Shown in pieces: positions 1 to 9,322 of a DNA stretch of 36,037 bases (positions within the stretch are counted from its first letter, which is position 1; every line of letters starts with the position of its first letter). Source of the DNA: Gammaproteobacteria bacterium (GTDB lineage Bacteria; Pseudomonadota; Gammaproteobacteria; SZUA-229); contig JBFFSQ010000004.1 of assembly GCA_041572275.1 (NCBI GenBank), forward strand, positions 1-36,037, given 5' to 3'. Made by a program: the position numbers and the translations under genes. The notes under the pieces are model-generated. The model saw only the letters and a program-made list of their open reading frames with translations. It ran no database searches and was not told the origin of the DNA.

Positions 1-5
1 CTTTT

Positions 6-1229
6 TTAATCCAGCACATGGGATACCAGTCCATCAGCCAGCTTCGGTTCAAACCAGGTAGACTTGGGTGGCATCACTTCATTGGCATCTGCCACTGCCA
101 TCAATGCCTCCATACTGGTCGGGTATAAGGAAAATGCTACGGCCATCTCACCGGAATCCACACGTTTTTCCAGCCCGGCAAGACCTCGTATCCCACCAAC
201 AAAATCGATGCGTGGATCGGTACGCGGGTCAGCAACTCCGAGCACAGGTTCCAGTAAATTATCAGCCAGCAATGCCACATCCAGACTGGCAACTGGGTCA
301 TCTGGAATCAAGCTGGCCTGGATATTTAATCGATACCATTCACCCGCAAGGTACATACCAAACTCAGTCGCTTTTGAGGGTTTCACTGGTGCATTTTCTT
401 TACTGCACTCAAAACGCTCTGCAATTTTATTTAAAAACTCATCCTGACTCAGGCCATTCAGGTCAGTCACCACACGATTGTAATCGAATATTTTCATCTG
501 ATTATGAGGAAAAATCACTGATAGAAAATAATGACTCATCTGCTCATCGGAGCCTCCAATGGCTTTAGCCACCCGTGATGCCGAGGCCGAACGATGATGA
601 CCATCGGCAATATAAATCGCCGGCATGGCATCGAAACCGGCGCTTAGTTTCTCGATCGTCATTGTATCATCCACCACCCAGAAGGTATGTCCAATACCAT
701 CATCCGCCTGCAAGTCATAGACAGGTGCTGACTCAGTCACCTGTTCCAGTATTGCATCAATTTCAGCATCTGATTTATAGGCCAGCAACACAGGGCCGGT
801 CTGCGCATTTAAGGCTTCGATCTGACGGACGCGATCATCTTCCTTCGCTGGACGGGTAAATTCATGTTTACGAATACGATTGCTATCATAATCCTTCACT
901 GACGCGGCGGCCACCAGGCCTGTTTGCACATGGTCACCCATGGTGAGCCGATACACATAATAACGCGGCTCAGGATCACGCATTAATACACCATTGGTAA
1001 CCAGTGTATCCAGGTTCTCAGCCGCCTTGGCATACACAGCTGGATCATAGGGATCGGTACCTTCTGGCAAATCAATTTCTGCTTTTGAAATATGCAGAAA
1101 ACTCATGGGTTTGCCGGCGGCACGCTCTCGTGCCTCAGCGCTATTAAGCACATCATAAGGTGGCGCAACCACATCTTCAGCATGTTCGGGGACAGGACGT
1201 AATCCAGCAAATGGGCGTATCAATGGCAT
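6..1229 (-). CDS. DUF1015 family protein (ParB/Srx-like nucleotide-binding motif)
   Basis: 407-aa ORF. N-terminal RPFAGLRP, APPYDV, RKHEFT, YIADGHHR and C-terminal MPPKSTWFEPKL motifs are typical of DUF1015. Confidence 0.85.
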   Translation of the reverse strand: MPLIRPFAGLRPVPEHAEDVVAPPYDVLNSAEARERAAGKPMSFLHISKAEIDLPEGTDPYDPAVYAKAAENLDTLVTNGVLMRDPEPRYYVYRLTMGDHVQTGLVAAASVKDYDSNRIRKHEFTRPAKEDDRVRQIEALNAQTGPVLLAYKSDAEIDAILEQVTESAPVYDLQADDGIGHTFWVVDDTMTIEKLSAGFDAMPAIYIADGHHRSASASRVAKAIGGSDEQMSHYFLSVIFPHNQMKIFDYNRVVTDLNGLSQDEFLNKIAERFECSKENAPVKPSKATEFGMYLAGEWYRLNIQASLIPDDPVASLDVALLADNLLEPVLGVADPRTDPRIDFVGGIRGLAGLEKRVDSGEMAVAFSLYPTSMEALMAVADANEVMPPKSTWFEPKLADGLVSHVLD

Positions 1230-1505
1230 GGCTTGTCTCTTTGTGTTTGATCTAATGGATAATATATTCTGACGCCATTATCTACCACAGAGCAGAGACA
1301 GATACAGGACTTAAATCAATCCTCTTCTAAAAACACTGCACTGACATTAATTACTAACTCGCTTAATCATATCTAGCTTGATCGTCCATCGACCTTGTTT
1401 TGTGTCACCCCAATCTACTATTTTTTCTCCAGTGGCCAGCCATACATGTAAAATATGTCTACACTTCTATAAATTGATAATTTTTTTGCACGTGAAAGCC
1501 ACATC

Positions 1506-2405
1506 ATGCCACATCAGAACGATCTCAGACTCCCCCTCAACACGCTCCGGGCTCTCGGTGAACTTAGTACCGCACTCACCAATCACACCATCTGGACCAA
1601 GAGCATTCACCGGACACTAATCTGTGGTAGCAAACCTGCATCCAAAAACCTGTGCAGCTCAGCACATCATTTGTGTCAATTCGGACAATGGTATTACGGC
1701 AATGTCGATGCAATACTTAAAAAAATGGAGCTATTTTCAGTTATCGGCGAATTACATGTCAGCTTACACGACAAAGCCCGTGATCTGCTCGAGATCAAAA
1801 TGCAACATCGAGAAATCACACCCCAGCAATATGATGACTTTATCAATTCAGTCCACAGCTTCCGCATGGCCATACAGGACCTGGAACTCGACTTAATCAA
1901 CAAAGCCTGCTCCATTGACCAGTTAACCGGTGTCTGGAACCGTTATGCGATGTATAACAAGCTGGCTCATGAACATGAACGCCTGCGACGCCATGGCAAC
2001 CCGTGCGTCATTGCCTTACTAGATTTTGACCACTTCAAGGAGATCAACGACGCACACGGACATTTGGCCGGCGACCACGTCTTAAAAGCCAGCATGCAAT
2101 TTATTCGTGAGAATATCCGTAGCAATGACATGATCTTTCGCTACGGTGGTGAAGAGTTTCTGATGGTATTGCCTGAAGCGAACCTCAGTGAGGCCACTGA
2201 CTTGATGAACAGACTACGGACAGATCTCAAACAGTTAGCAGTGGTATACAAAGACAAGACGATTCATTTTACTGTTTCAGTTGGACTCGCTGCTATGAGT
2301 GCCGATATCGATGAGCATGACACTATTGAGCTGGCAGATCACGCCATGTTCAAAGCCAAGATGGCCGGCCGCGACTGTGTTGAAGTGGCCGAAACAGTGA
2401 TTTAG
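1506..2405 (+). CDS. Diguanylate cyclase with N-terminal CZB zinc-binding domain (DgcZ/YdeH-like)
   Basis: CZB motifs [14 protein letters not shown] and [14 protein letters not shown] domain with [23 protein letters not shown], an RSND I-site and the RYGGEEF active site. Confidence 0.9.
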   Translation: MPHQNDLRLPLNTLRALGELSTALTNHTIWTKSIHRTLICGSKPASKNLCSSAHHLCQFGQWYYGNVDAILKKMELFSVIGELHVSLHDKARDLLEIKMQHREITPQQYDDFINSVHSFRMAIQDLELDLINKACSIDQLTGVWNRYAMYNKLAHEHERLRRHGNPCVIALLDFDHFKEINDAHGHLAGDHVLKASMQFIRENIRSNDMIFRYGGEEFLMVLPEANLSEATDLMNRLRTDLKQLAVVYKDKTIHFTVSVGLAAMSADIDEHDTIELADHAMFKAKMAGRDCVEVAETVI

Positions 2406-3352
2406 AAAAGCCCCTGAGCCTGCAAATCGGCATGATATGACGAGCGAACCATGGGGCCACTGGCCACATGACTGAAACCCATTTTCTTGCCGACTTCGGC
2501 CAGATGGTCGAATTCTTCCGGTTTAACATAGCGTGCCACTGGCAGATGATGCACACTGGGCTGCAAATACTGGCCCAGTGTCAACATATTGACCTGATGC
2601 GCCCGCAGGTCTTTCATAACCTGAATAACTTCCTCCATTTCCTCGCCCAAGCCCAGCATAATACCTGACTTGGTTGCCACATCGGGGCATTGAGCCTTGT
2701 ACGCCTGCAGCAACTCCAAAGACCCTATATAGTCCGCACCCGGTCGGGCCTGGGCATATAAACGCGGTACCGTTTCCAGGTTATGATTAAACACATTGGG
2801 TGGAGTCTGTTTCAACAGTTCAATCGCTGTGTCGACCCGTCCCCGAAAATCTGGCACCAATATTTCCACCTGAATATCAGGATTGAACGCCCGGGTTTTT
2901 TCAATACATTGCACAAAATGGCCAGCCCCACCATCGCGTAGATCATCACGATCAACCGAGGTAATGACGACATATTTAAGTCCCATAGCCTGAATGGTAC
3001 GGGCCAGGTTATCGGGCTCCTGTTCATCCAGTGGCAATGGACGACCATGACCAACATCGCAGAACGGGCAACGCCGGGTACAGATTTCTCCCATAATCAT
3101 GAAAGTAGCTGTGCCATGTCCAAAACATTCACCCAGATTCGGGCAGGCCGCTTCCTCGCATACAGTAAACAGCTTATTGTCACGCAATACCTGTTTCAGG
3201 CGCTTAACTTCCGGGTGGCTCGGCGTTTTCGCACGTATCCACTCAGGCTTACGCAGCAGCTTTTCTGTTTTCGCTACTTTCACCGGAATGCGGGCCACTT
3301 TTTCAGCGCCGCGCAGTTTTTCACCCGCTACAACTTTCTGTTTTTCACTCAT
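2402..3352 (-). CDS. lipA: Lipoyl synthase (radical SAM)
   Basis: [12 protein letters not shown] auxiliary-cluster motif, CTRRCPFC radical SAM motif, C-terminal VRSSYHA. Directly downstream of lipB. Confidence 0.98.
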   Translation of the reverse strand: MSEKQKVVAGEKLRGAEKVARIPVKVAKTEKLLRKPEWIRAKTPSHPEVKRLKQVLRDNKLFTVCEEAACPNLGECFGHGTATFMIMGEICTRRCPFCDVGHGRPLPLDEQEPDNLARTIQAMGLKYVVITSVDRDDLRDGGAGHFVQCIEKTRAFNPDIQVEILVPDFRGRVDTAIELLKQTPPNVFNHNLETVPRLYAQARPGADYIGSLELLQAYKAQCPDVATKSGIMLGLGEEMEEVIQVMKDLRAHQVNMLTLGQYLQPSVHHLPVARYVKPEEFDHLAEVGKKMGFSHVASGPMVRSSYHADLQAQGLF

Positions 3353-3977
3353 GAATATGGTTTATCTCATCAATTCCAAATTGCTGGCACAAATAAGGCA
3401 AATACAGTACCTCGACCTGCGCAGTCGTCAATTGTTGCCCCAGTTTAGCCATACTGGTGGCTTTTAAACCCTCGTAACCACAAGGATTAATACGCTCGAA
3501 GGGCTGCAGATCGAGATCGACGTTCAGGCTCAGACCATGGTAGCTGCCACCCTGTTTCACACGCAGCCCCAGGGCCGCTATCTTTTCTTCATCCACATAC
3601 ACGCCTGGTGCCTGACGTTTTGACTCAGCTACTATGCCCTGGTCCGCCAGGAAATCAACCACCGACTGCTCCAGGCGTGTAACCATCTCGCGCACACCCA
3701 GTTTACGGCGTTTGATATCGAATAACAGATAGGCAATTAACTGGCCCGGGCCATGGTAGGTTACCTGTCCACCCCGATCTGTTTCTACCAGGGGGATAGT
3801 GCCAATATCGAGCAGGTGTTCACGCTTGCCATTGAGACCCAGGGTAAAAACCGATGGATGTTGCAGTAACCAGATTTCGTCCGCTGTGGTTTTATTACGG
3901 TTCTGGTTGAATTGCTGCATCTGCTGCCAGGTCTGCCGGTAGTCCTGCACACCCAGGTGACGAATGTTGACGCGCAT
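3345..3977 (-). CDS. lipB: Lipoyl(octanoyl) transferase
   Basis: [33 protein letters not shown] and INPCG motifs. Overlaps the lipA start. Confidence 0.97.
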   Translation of the reverse strand: MRVNIRHLGVQDYRQTWQQMQQFNQNRNKTTADEIWLLQHPSVFTLGLNGKREHLLDIGTIPLVETDRGGQVTYHGPGQLIAYLLFDIKRRKLGVREMVTRLEQSVVDFLADQGIVAESKRQAPGVYVDEEKIAALGLRVKQGGSYHGLSLNVDLDLQPFERINPCGYEGLKATSMAKLGQQLTTAQVEVLYLPYLCQQFGIDEINHIHE

Positions 3978-3994
3978 TATAACCCGGTGATTAG

Positions 3995-4273
3995 CTAGAT
4001 GGCATAAAGCACATGTTCACACTGGGTCAGCTCCATGTAGATACCGTCCAGGTGAGATTTGCTCTGCGCCGTGATCGTGATTGTAATACTGGTATAGTTA
4101 CCACCCTTGCTCGCATTCAGCCTGATAGCACCTTCCGTCAGGTCCGGTACATGGCGGTTGATAATCTCCAGAACAGCCAGCTCCAGAGCAGGACCTGACT
4201 TTCCCATTGCCTTAATAGGAAACTCACAGGGGAACTCAAACAGGGTTTCGTCTTCAGGATTCTGTTCACTCAT
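3995..4273 (-). CDS. ybeD: YbeD/DUF493 family protein
   Basis: [12 protein letters not shown] and [10 protein letters not shown] motifs. Canonical position upstream of lipB. Confidence 0.92.
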   Translation of the reverse strand: MSEQNPEDETLFEFPCEFPIKAMGKSGPALELAVLEIINRHVPDLTEGAIRLNASKGGNYTSITITITAQSKSHLDGIYMELTQCEHVLYAI

Positions 4274-5139
4274 AATTGCTCGCCCTGCCTCAGCTTAACT
4301 TTATAGGCCTGATATATATCGATCATAGTTTCCCATATGGGGCCGGATTGACCATTTCCAACCGGTTCGCCATCCAGTTCGACCACTGGCACGATCTCCC
4401 GGGTTGAACTGGTAATCCAGATTTCATCTGCCGCCTTCAATTCTGCAACTGAGATATCCCGTTCCAGGCAGTCAATATCCTGATTACGTGCCAGCTCCAG
4501 TACCAGATCACGGGTCACTCCTGGTAGCAGCAATGGACTGACCGGGGGTGTAATCAATTGCGATCCCTGTACTACAAACAGGTTGCTTGCGGTCCCCTCT
4601 GTCACCTGGCCATCTCTTACCAACAAGGCCTCTGCCGCGCCTTCATCCTTGGCCTGCTGCTTTAACAGGCTATTCACCAGCAACGTGGTCGCCTTGATAT
4701 GACAGGCACGCCAGCGAATATCTTCCAGGGTGATAGCCGACACCCCCTTCTCAAGCGCTTGTCTGGATACCGATAACAAAGGACTCACCATGACAAACAC
4801 CGTCGCCGTCGCATCATCACTGAACGTGTGCTCACGTTCAGCCACCACCCCTCTGGAAATGTGCAAATAAACACACTGATCTTCTGCCGGATTTTGTTCC
4901 AGCAACTGTTGCATGATATCCAGCCATTGTGACTGGTTCAGTGGGTTATTCAGGCGAATGCCGTCCAGACTGTTCTGCAGACGTTGAAGATGCTCAAACG
5001 GACGTAACAAATGACCACCATAGGCCGGGATCACTTCGTAGACGCCATCACCAAATAGAAAACCTCGATCCAGCACAGAAATGTGTGCCTGGCTAACGGG
5101 TAAAATTTGACCATTCAGATATACGATGGGTTCAGACAT
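4270..5139 (-). CDS. dat: D-amino-acid aminotransferase (PLP fold-type IV)
   Basis: VYLNG, DRGFLFGDGVYEV, HIKATTL and EGTASNLF motifs. Start moved to the ATG at 5139 (MSEPIVYLNG), because the longer ORF extension runs through a hairpin. Confidence 0.85.
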   Translation of the reverse strand: MSEPIVYLNGQILPVSQAHISVLDRGFLFGDGVYEVIPAYGGHLLRPFEHLQRLQNSLDGIRLNNPLNQSQWLDIMQQLLEQNPAEDQCVYLHISRGVVAEREHTFSDDATATVFVMVSPLLSVSRQALEKGVSAITLEDIRWRACHIKATTLLVNSLLKQQAKDEGAAEALLVRDGQVTEGTASNLFVVQGSQLITPPVSPLLLPGVTRDLVLELARNQDIDCLERDISVAELKAADEIWITSSTREIVPVVELDGEPVGNGQSGPIWETMIDIYQAYKVKLRQGEQL

Positions 5140-5153
5140 AAATACCAAAATAT

Positions 5154-5179
5154 AAAGCCGGGCTAAGCCCGGCTTTTTT
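5154..5179. terminator. GC-rich hairpin, probable intrinsic (possibly bidirectional) terminator between dacA and dat
   Basis: AAAGCCGGGC-TAA-GCCCGGCTTT inverted repeat. A T6 run follows on +, and TTTATATTTT follows on -. Confidence 0.65.
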
Positions 5180-5207
5180 ATCCTGAGAAAAGACAATCAC
5201 AGCCTGA

Positions 5208-6362
5208 TTACTGAAACAGCTGGATGACATGGTCCCGAGTTCGCTGCCACAGACTGCCTTCATCAATGGACTGCAAAGCAACCAGCGGCTTGCTCAAAAT
5301 TTCTTCCCCGTTCAGCATCACACGGACAGCCCCCATTTCCTGACCTTTCTTCACAGGTGCAGAAATTTCCTGGTTCACTTCCATAACGGCATCCAGGTAC
5401 TTGTACTGACCACGAGGAATGGTGACATGGAGGTCATCCACCAAACCCAGATTCAGATTCTCTTTCTCACCCAGCCAGATCCGTGCTTCGTTCAGCGACT
5501 CACCTGCAGCATACAAACGATTACTTTCATAAAAACGAAAACCATAACTCAGCAATGACTGGCTGATATCCGCACGCGCTTTTTCGCTACGTGTACCCAA
5601 CACTACAGCGATCAGGCGCATATCTTCGCGCAAAGCCGAAGATACCAGGCAATAACCCGCAGACTCCGTGTGCCCCGTCTTCAGGCCATCCACTGTTTTA
5701 TCACGCCAGAGCAGCTTGTTTCGGTTGTACTGTTTTATGCCGTTGTATGAATACTCCTTCTGCGCATACAACTTGTAATGATCAGGGAATTCCCTGATCA
5801 CCGCTTTAGCCAGGGTGGCAATATCTCGAGCCGTGGTTAAATGATTTTCACTGGGCCAGCCGGTGCAGTTCTCAAAATTCGTACCGCTCATACCCAGAGT
5901 CGTGGCGTACTGGTTCATATAATCAGCAAACACGGCTTCACTACCGGCGATATGCTCAGCCAGCGCCACACTGGCATCATTACCGGACTGGATAATCAAA
6001 CCTTTCAGCAAGTCTTCCACGGTGGCCTGCTTACCGACCTCAATGAACATTTTCGAGCCTTTCATACGCCAGGCTTTTTTACTGATGGTGACCTTTTCAT
6101 CCATCGTCAGACGACCTGCTTCGATTTCCTTATACACCACGTAAGCAGTCATTAACTTGGTAATGCTGGCCGGTTCGATTTTCTTGTCGATATTTTTTTC
6201 AGCCAGTACTCGGCCACTATGAAAATCAATCAGCAAATAACTCTCGGCAGCCAATTTTGGCGGCGCAGGAACCGGTGTCATCGCCGCCTGGGCTGAAAAC
6301 ATGAAAACAGCACTAAAAAACAGGAAAAGTAACTGGAAATTTTTACTCATAGACATAAACAA
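5208..6362 (-). CDS. dacA: D-alanyl-D-alanine carboxypeptidase (PBP5/6 family)
   Basis: Signal peptide, then SITK (SxxK), SGN (SxN) and KTG motifs. TTG start with GGAG 7 nt upstream; the ATG at 6356 is an alternative. Confidence 0.93.
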   Translation of the reverse strand: MFMSMSKNFQLLFLFFSAVFMFSAQAAMTPVPAPPKLAAESYLLIDFHSGRVLAEKNIDKKIEPASITKLMTAYVVYKEIEAGRLTMDEKVTISKKAWRMKGSKMFIEVGKQATVEDLLKGLIIQSGNDASVALAEHIAGSEAVFADYMNQYATTLGMSGTNFENCTGWPSENHLTTARDIATLAKAVIREFPDHYKLYAQKEYSYNGIKQYNRNKLLWRDKTVDGLKTGHTESAGYCLVSSALREDMRLIAVVLGTRSEKARADISQSLLSYGFRFYESNRLYAAGESLNEARIWLGEKENLNLGLVDDLHVTIPRGQYKYLDAVMEVNQEISAPVKKGQEMGAVRVMLNGEEILSKPLVALQSIDEGSLWQRTRDHVIQLFQ

Positions 6363-6378
6363 ACACCAACTCCGTCAT

Positions 6379-7164
6379 TTACTCAACAACTACACGGGCA
6401 TAGTCATGCCCGATATCATTCAAATCTTTCAATACACGGTAGGCCAGATCCACATTCGGGATCGGGCCAATTCGCACCCGATACAGCTTTCGGCCATCGG
6501 ACTCGATCACATGTACACGCACGCTATTGAAACGCTTATCCCGCAAGGCCACAGCCATTTTTTCTGCACTATCCGCCAGCCCAAATGCTGCGACCTGCAC
6601 GTGTATTTCACCCTCACCATTCGCTGGTTGCGGCAAGATAACAGAATCGGTATCCAGGTCCAGGTCGCCGGTATTGATGGCACGGATCTCGACCGGACCA
6701 GTTCCTGTCCCTGCAATACCCAGTTTATGAGCCGCCGCATAGGATAAATCAATAATACGGCCTTCATGAAAAGGACCACGATCATTCACTTTCACAATCA
6801 CAGACCTGCCATTTTCCCGGTGTTTCACCTCAACATACGTGGGCAACGGTAGAGTTTTGTGGGCAGCGGTCATTTCATACATATTGTAAGGCTCACCACT
6901 GGAGGTCCGTTTGCCATGGAATTTTGTGCCATACCAGGAAGCATCTCCCTGCTGGACAAATCCGCGGCTGGATTTTCTAACATGATAGGTTTTACCCATC
7001 ACCGTGTAAGACTCCGGGTTACCGTATCGGCTCAGGGGTTCATTGCTTGGCACAGCGTTGTTAATGTCCGCAACGTTCAATTTGAAGTCAGCAGGGGGGC
7101 CATCCTTGATTGCACAGGATGACAACAGCAAAATCACGGTTATAGAAAGTACTTTATCTATCAT
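6379..7164 (-). CDS. rlpA: Septal ring lytic transglycosylase RlpA (lipoprotein, DPBB + SPOR)
   Basis: Lipobox LLSSC. ASWYG, TAAHKTLPLP and NDRGPF motifs. C-terminal SPOR-like segment (VQVAAF...YRVRIGP). Confidence 0.95.
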   Translation of the reverse strand: MIDKVLSITVILLLSSCAIKDGPPADFKLNVADINNAVPSNEPLSRYGNPESYTVMGKTYHVRKSSRGFVQQGDASWYGTKFHGKRTSSGEPYNMYEMTAAHKTLPLPTYVEVKHRENGRSVIVKVNDRGPFHEGRIIDLSYAAAHKLGIAGTGTGPVEIRAINTGDLDLDTDSVILPQPANGEGEIHVQVAAFGLADSAEKMAVALRDKRFNSVRVHVIESDGRKLYRVRIGPIPNVDLAYRVLKDLNDIGHDYARVVVE

Positions 7165-7169
7165 TCCAC

Positions 7170-8153
7170 TTAACGACTTGCATAGTATTCGTTTGCCACC
7201 GCCTGACCCAGTTGATAGACCGCCATGGCATACAGGGGGCTGTGATTATAACGGGTGATAACATAAAAGTTATCCAGACCCAGCCAGTACTCCTGCCCTT
7301 TCTTACCTTCCAGCTTGAGCAGGGTCGCTTTCTTGTCCTTGCTAAAGGCCTGTAAGGGCGTCACCCCTACGGATCGGTATTCTCCTACCGCCTTATGAGG
7401 ACGCATTTCTTTACTGGCCAGTTTAATAGCCTCTTTTTTGACCGATGCTCGACTGATAATAGGCTCACCCGATTGCCAGCCATGACGACTGAAATAGTTG
7501 GCCACACTACCAATAGCATCCGCTGTGCTATGCCATAAATCTCGCTTACCATCACCGTCGAAATCCACCGCATACGCCCTGAAACTGCTGGAAATGAACT
7601 GCGGCATACCCATGGCACCGGCATAAGAGCCTTTTAAGGTACGTGGATCAAAGCTTTCTTCACGGCTCATCAGCAGAAACTGCTCCAGTTCTTTGCGGAA
7701 AAAAGCGCCACGTGGCTGGTAGTCAAACCCTAAAGTTATTAGTGCATCCAGCACCGGATAGGTTCCACTGCGCTTACCATAAAATGTTTCCACCCCAATG
7801 ATGGCCACTATAATTTCAGCAGGCACGCCATACTGTTTCTGCGCCCGAGCCAGCGTCTCAGCATGCTCACGCCAGAAGCGGACACCATTTTTAATACGTT
7901 TGGAAGTAATAAAAATGGGACGATAGTCTTTCCATGGCTTACTTTCAGCTGGGCGGGCTATGGCTTCCAACGCGGTCTTTTGCTGTTTGGCGCCCTGCAT
8001 CCAGTACATCAGCATCTGCTCATCAAAACCGTGCTTTTTGACCATATCTCCGACGAACAGACGAACATCTTCACGTTGACTATAATTTGCCAGGCTTATA
8101 CCGGGCACCATGATGCACATGGTAAGAACAATAAATTGAATGTGTCGCAACAT
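7170..8153 (-). CDS. mltB: Lytic murein transglycosylase B
   Basis: IIGVETFYG catalytic Glu, GSYAGAMGMPQF, DFDGDGKRDL EF-hand-like loop, ITRYNHS. Confidence 0.95.
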   Translation of the reverse strand: MLRHIQFIVLTMCIMVPGISLANYSQREDVRLFVGDMVKKHGFDEQMLMYWMQGAKQQKTALEAIARPAESKPWKDYRPIFITSKRIKNGVRFWREHAETLARAQKQYGVPAEIIVAIIGVETFYGKRSGTYPVLDALITLGFDYQPRGAFFRKELEQFLLMSREESFDPRTLKGSYAGAMGMPQFISSSFRAYAVDFDGDGKRDLWHSTADAIGSVANYFSRHGWQSGEPIISRASVKKEAIKLASKEMRPHKAVGEYRSVGVTPLQAFSKDKKATLLKLEGKKGQEYWLGLDNFYVITRYNHSPLYAMAVYQLGQAVANEYYASR

Positions 8154-8188
8154 CTAAATTTCCCAAACGATTATTGATTTGCCACTCG

Positions 8189-9322
8189 TTATTTCGACCA
8201 TAAACGCCGATGCGAGTTGATTGACATTAAAATTCCAAATCCAGCCATCAAGGTTACCATTGAGGTACCACCGTAGCTAATCAGGGGCAATGGTACTCCA
8301 ACCACAGGTAAAATGCCTGAGACCATGCCCACATTAACAAATAAATAAACAAAAAACGTCAAACTCAGGCTACCACCCAGCAAGCGGCCATAGGTATCCT
8401 GTGCTAAAGCGGCGATCATCAAACCGCGTAATATAATGAAGCCATATAAACTCAGGAGCAATATACCGCCAATCAGCCCAAACTCTTCAGCAAATACCGC
8501 AAAGATGAAATCCGTCGACTGCTCAGGTAAAAAATCCAGATGAGACTGACTACCATTGAGCCAACCACGGCCGTAGGCACCACCGGAACCGATTGCAATC
8601 TGAGACTGAATGATATGATAACCCGAACCCAATGGATCACGCTCAGGATCCAGAAAGGTCAACACACGGCTACGCTGATAATCATGCATAACATGCCAGA
8701 GCACTGGCAACAGCGCAGCGCCACTGACTAACATACCTGCAATCAGCTTCCAGCTCATACCCGCCAGGAAAATCACAAAAAAGCCCGCTGCAAATATAAG
8801 CAGCGCAGTCCCCAGATCAGGCTGTTTTGCAATCAGTAAGGTCGGTAGCATGATAAGTACAGCTGCCACCAGCAACGATTTAAACGAAGGCGGCAATGCA
8901 CGGTCAGAAAAAAACCAGGCGATCATCATAGGCGTCGCCAGCTTCATCATTTCCGAGGGCTGGAAACGCACAAAACCGAGATCCAGCCAACGCTGAGCCC
9001 CCTTGCCCATATCACCTGCTACCAGCACCAGAATTAACAACACAACACCCAGGCCATAAATCCAGGGTGACCAGAACCGAATACCATTGGATGGCACATG
9101 GGCCAGTATCATCATCACCATAAATGCCAGTAACAGACGCGTGGTCTGGCGATTAATCAGATCAATGGATTGATCGCCAGCGCTATACAGCACACCCAGT
9201 CCTGTTGCTGTTAACAGCAAAATCCCAAATAACAACAACGGATCCATATGCAGAACCTGCAACACCCGCAAGGACAGACTCAGACTACCCTGATCGCGTT
9301 TGAAGCCACCATCACCAATCAT
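8189..9322 (-). CDS. rodA: Rod shape-determining protein RodA (SEDS glycosyltransferase)
   Basis: Multi-TM protein with GAQRW, FQPSE, QPDLGT, LPEQSTDFIF and LPLISYGGTS. Overlaps the mrdA stop. Confidence 0.97.
   Translation of the reverse strand: MIGDGGFKRDQGSLSLSLRVLQVLHMDPLLLFGILLLTATGLGVLYSAGDQSIDLINRQTTRLLLAFMVMMILAHVPSNGIRFWSPWIYGLGVVLLILVLVAGDMGKGAQRWLDLGFVRFQPSEMMKLATPMMIAWFFSDRALPPSFKSLLVAAVLIMLPTLLIAKQPDLGTALLIFAAGFFVIFLAGMSWKLIAGMLVSGAALLPVLWHVMHDYQRSRVLTFLDPERDPLGSGYHIIQSQIAIGSGGAYGRGWLNGSQSHLDFLPEQSTDFIFAVFAEEFGLIGGILLLSLYGFIILRGLMIAALAQDTYGRLLGGSLSLTFFVYLFVNVGMVSGILPVVGVPLPLISYGGTSMVTLMAGFGILMSINSHRRLWSK

Noticed and set aside
1378-1392. FNR-like site TTGAT...ATCGA upstream of the cyclase
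   Set aside because: The spacer is 5 nt instead of 4 and one half-site is mismatched.
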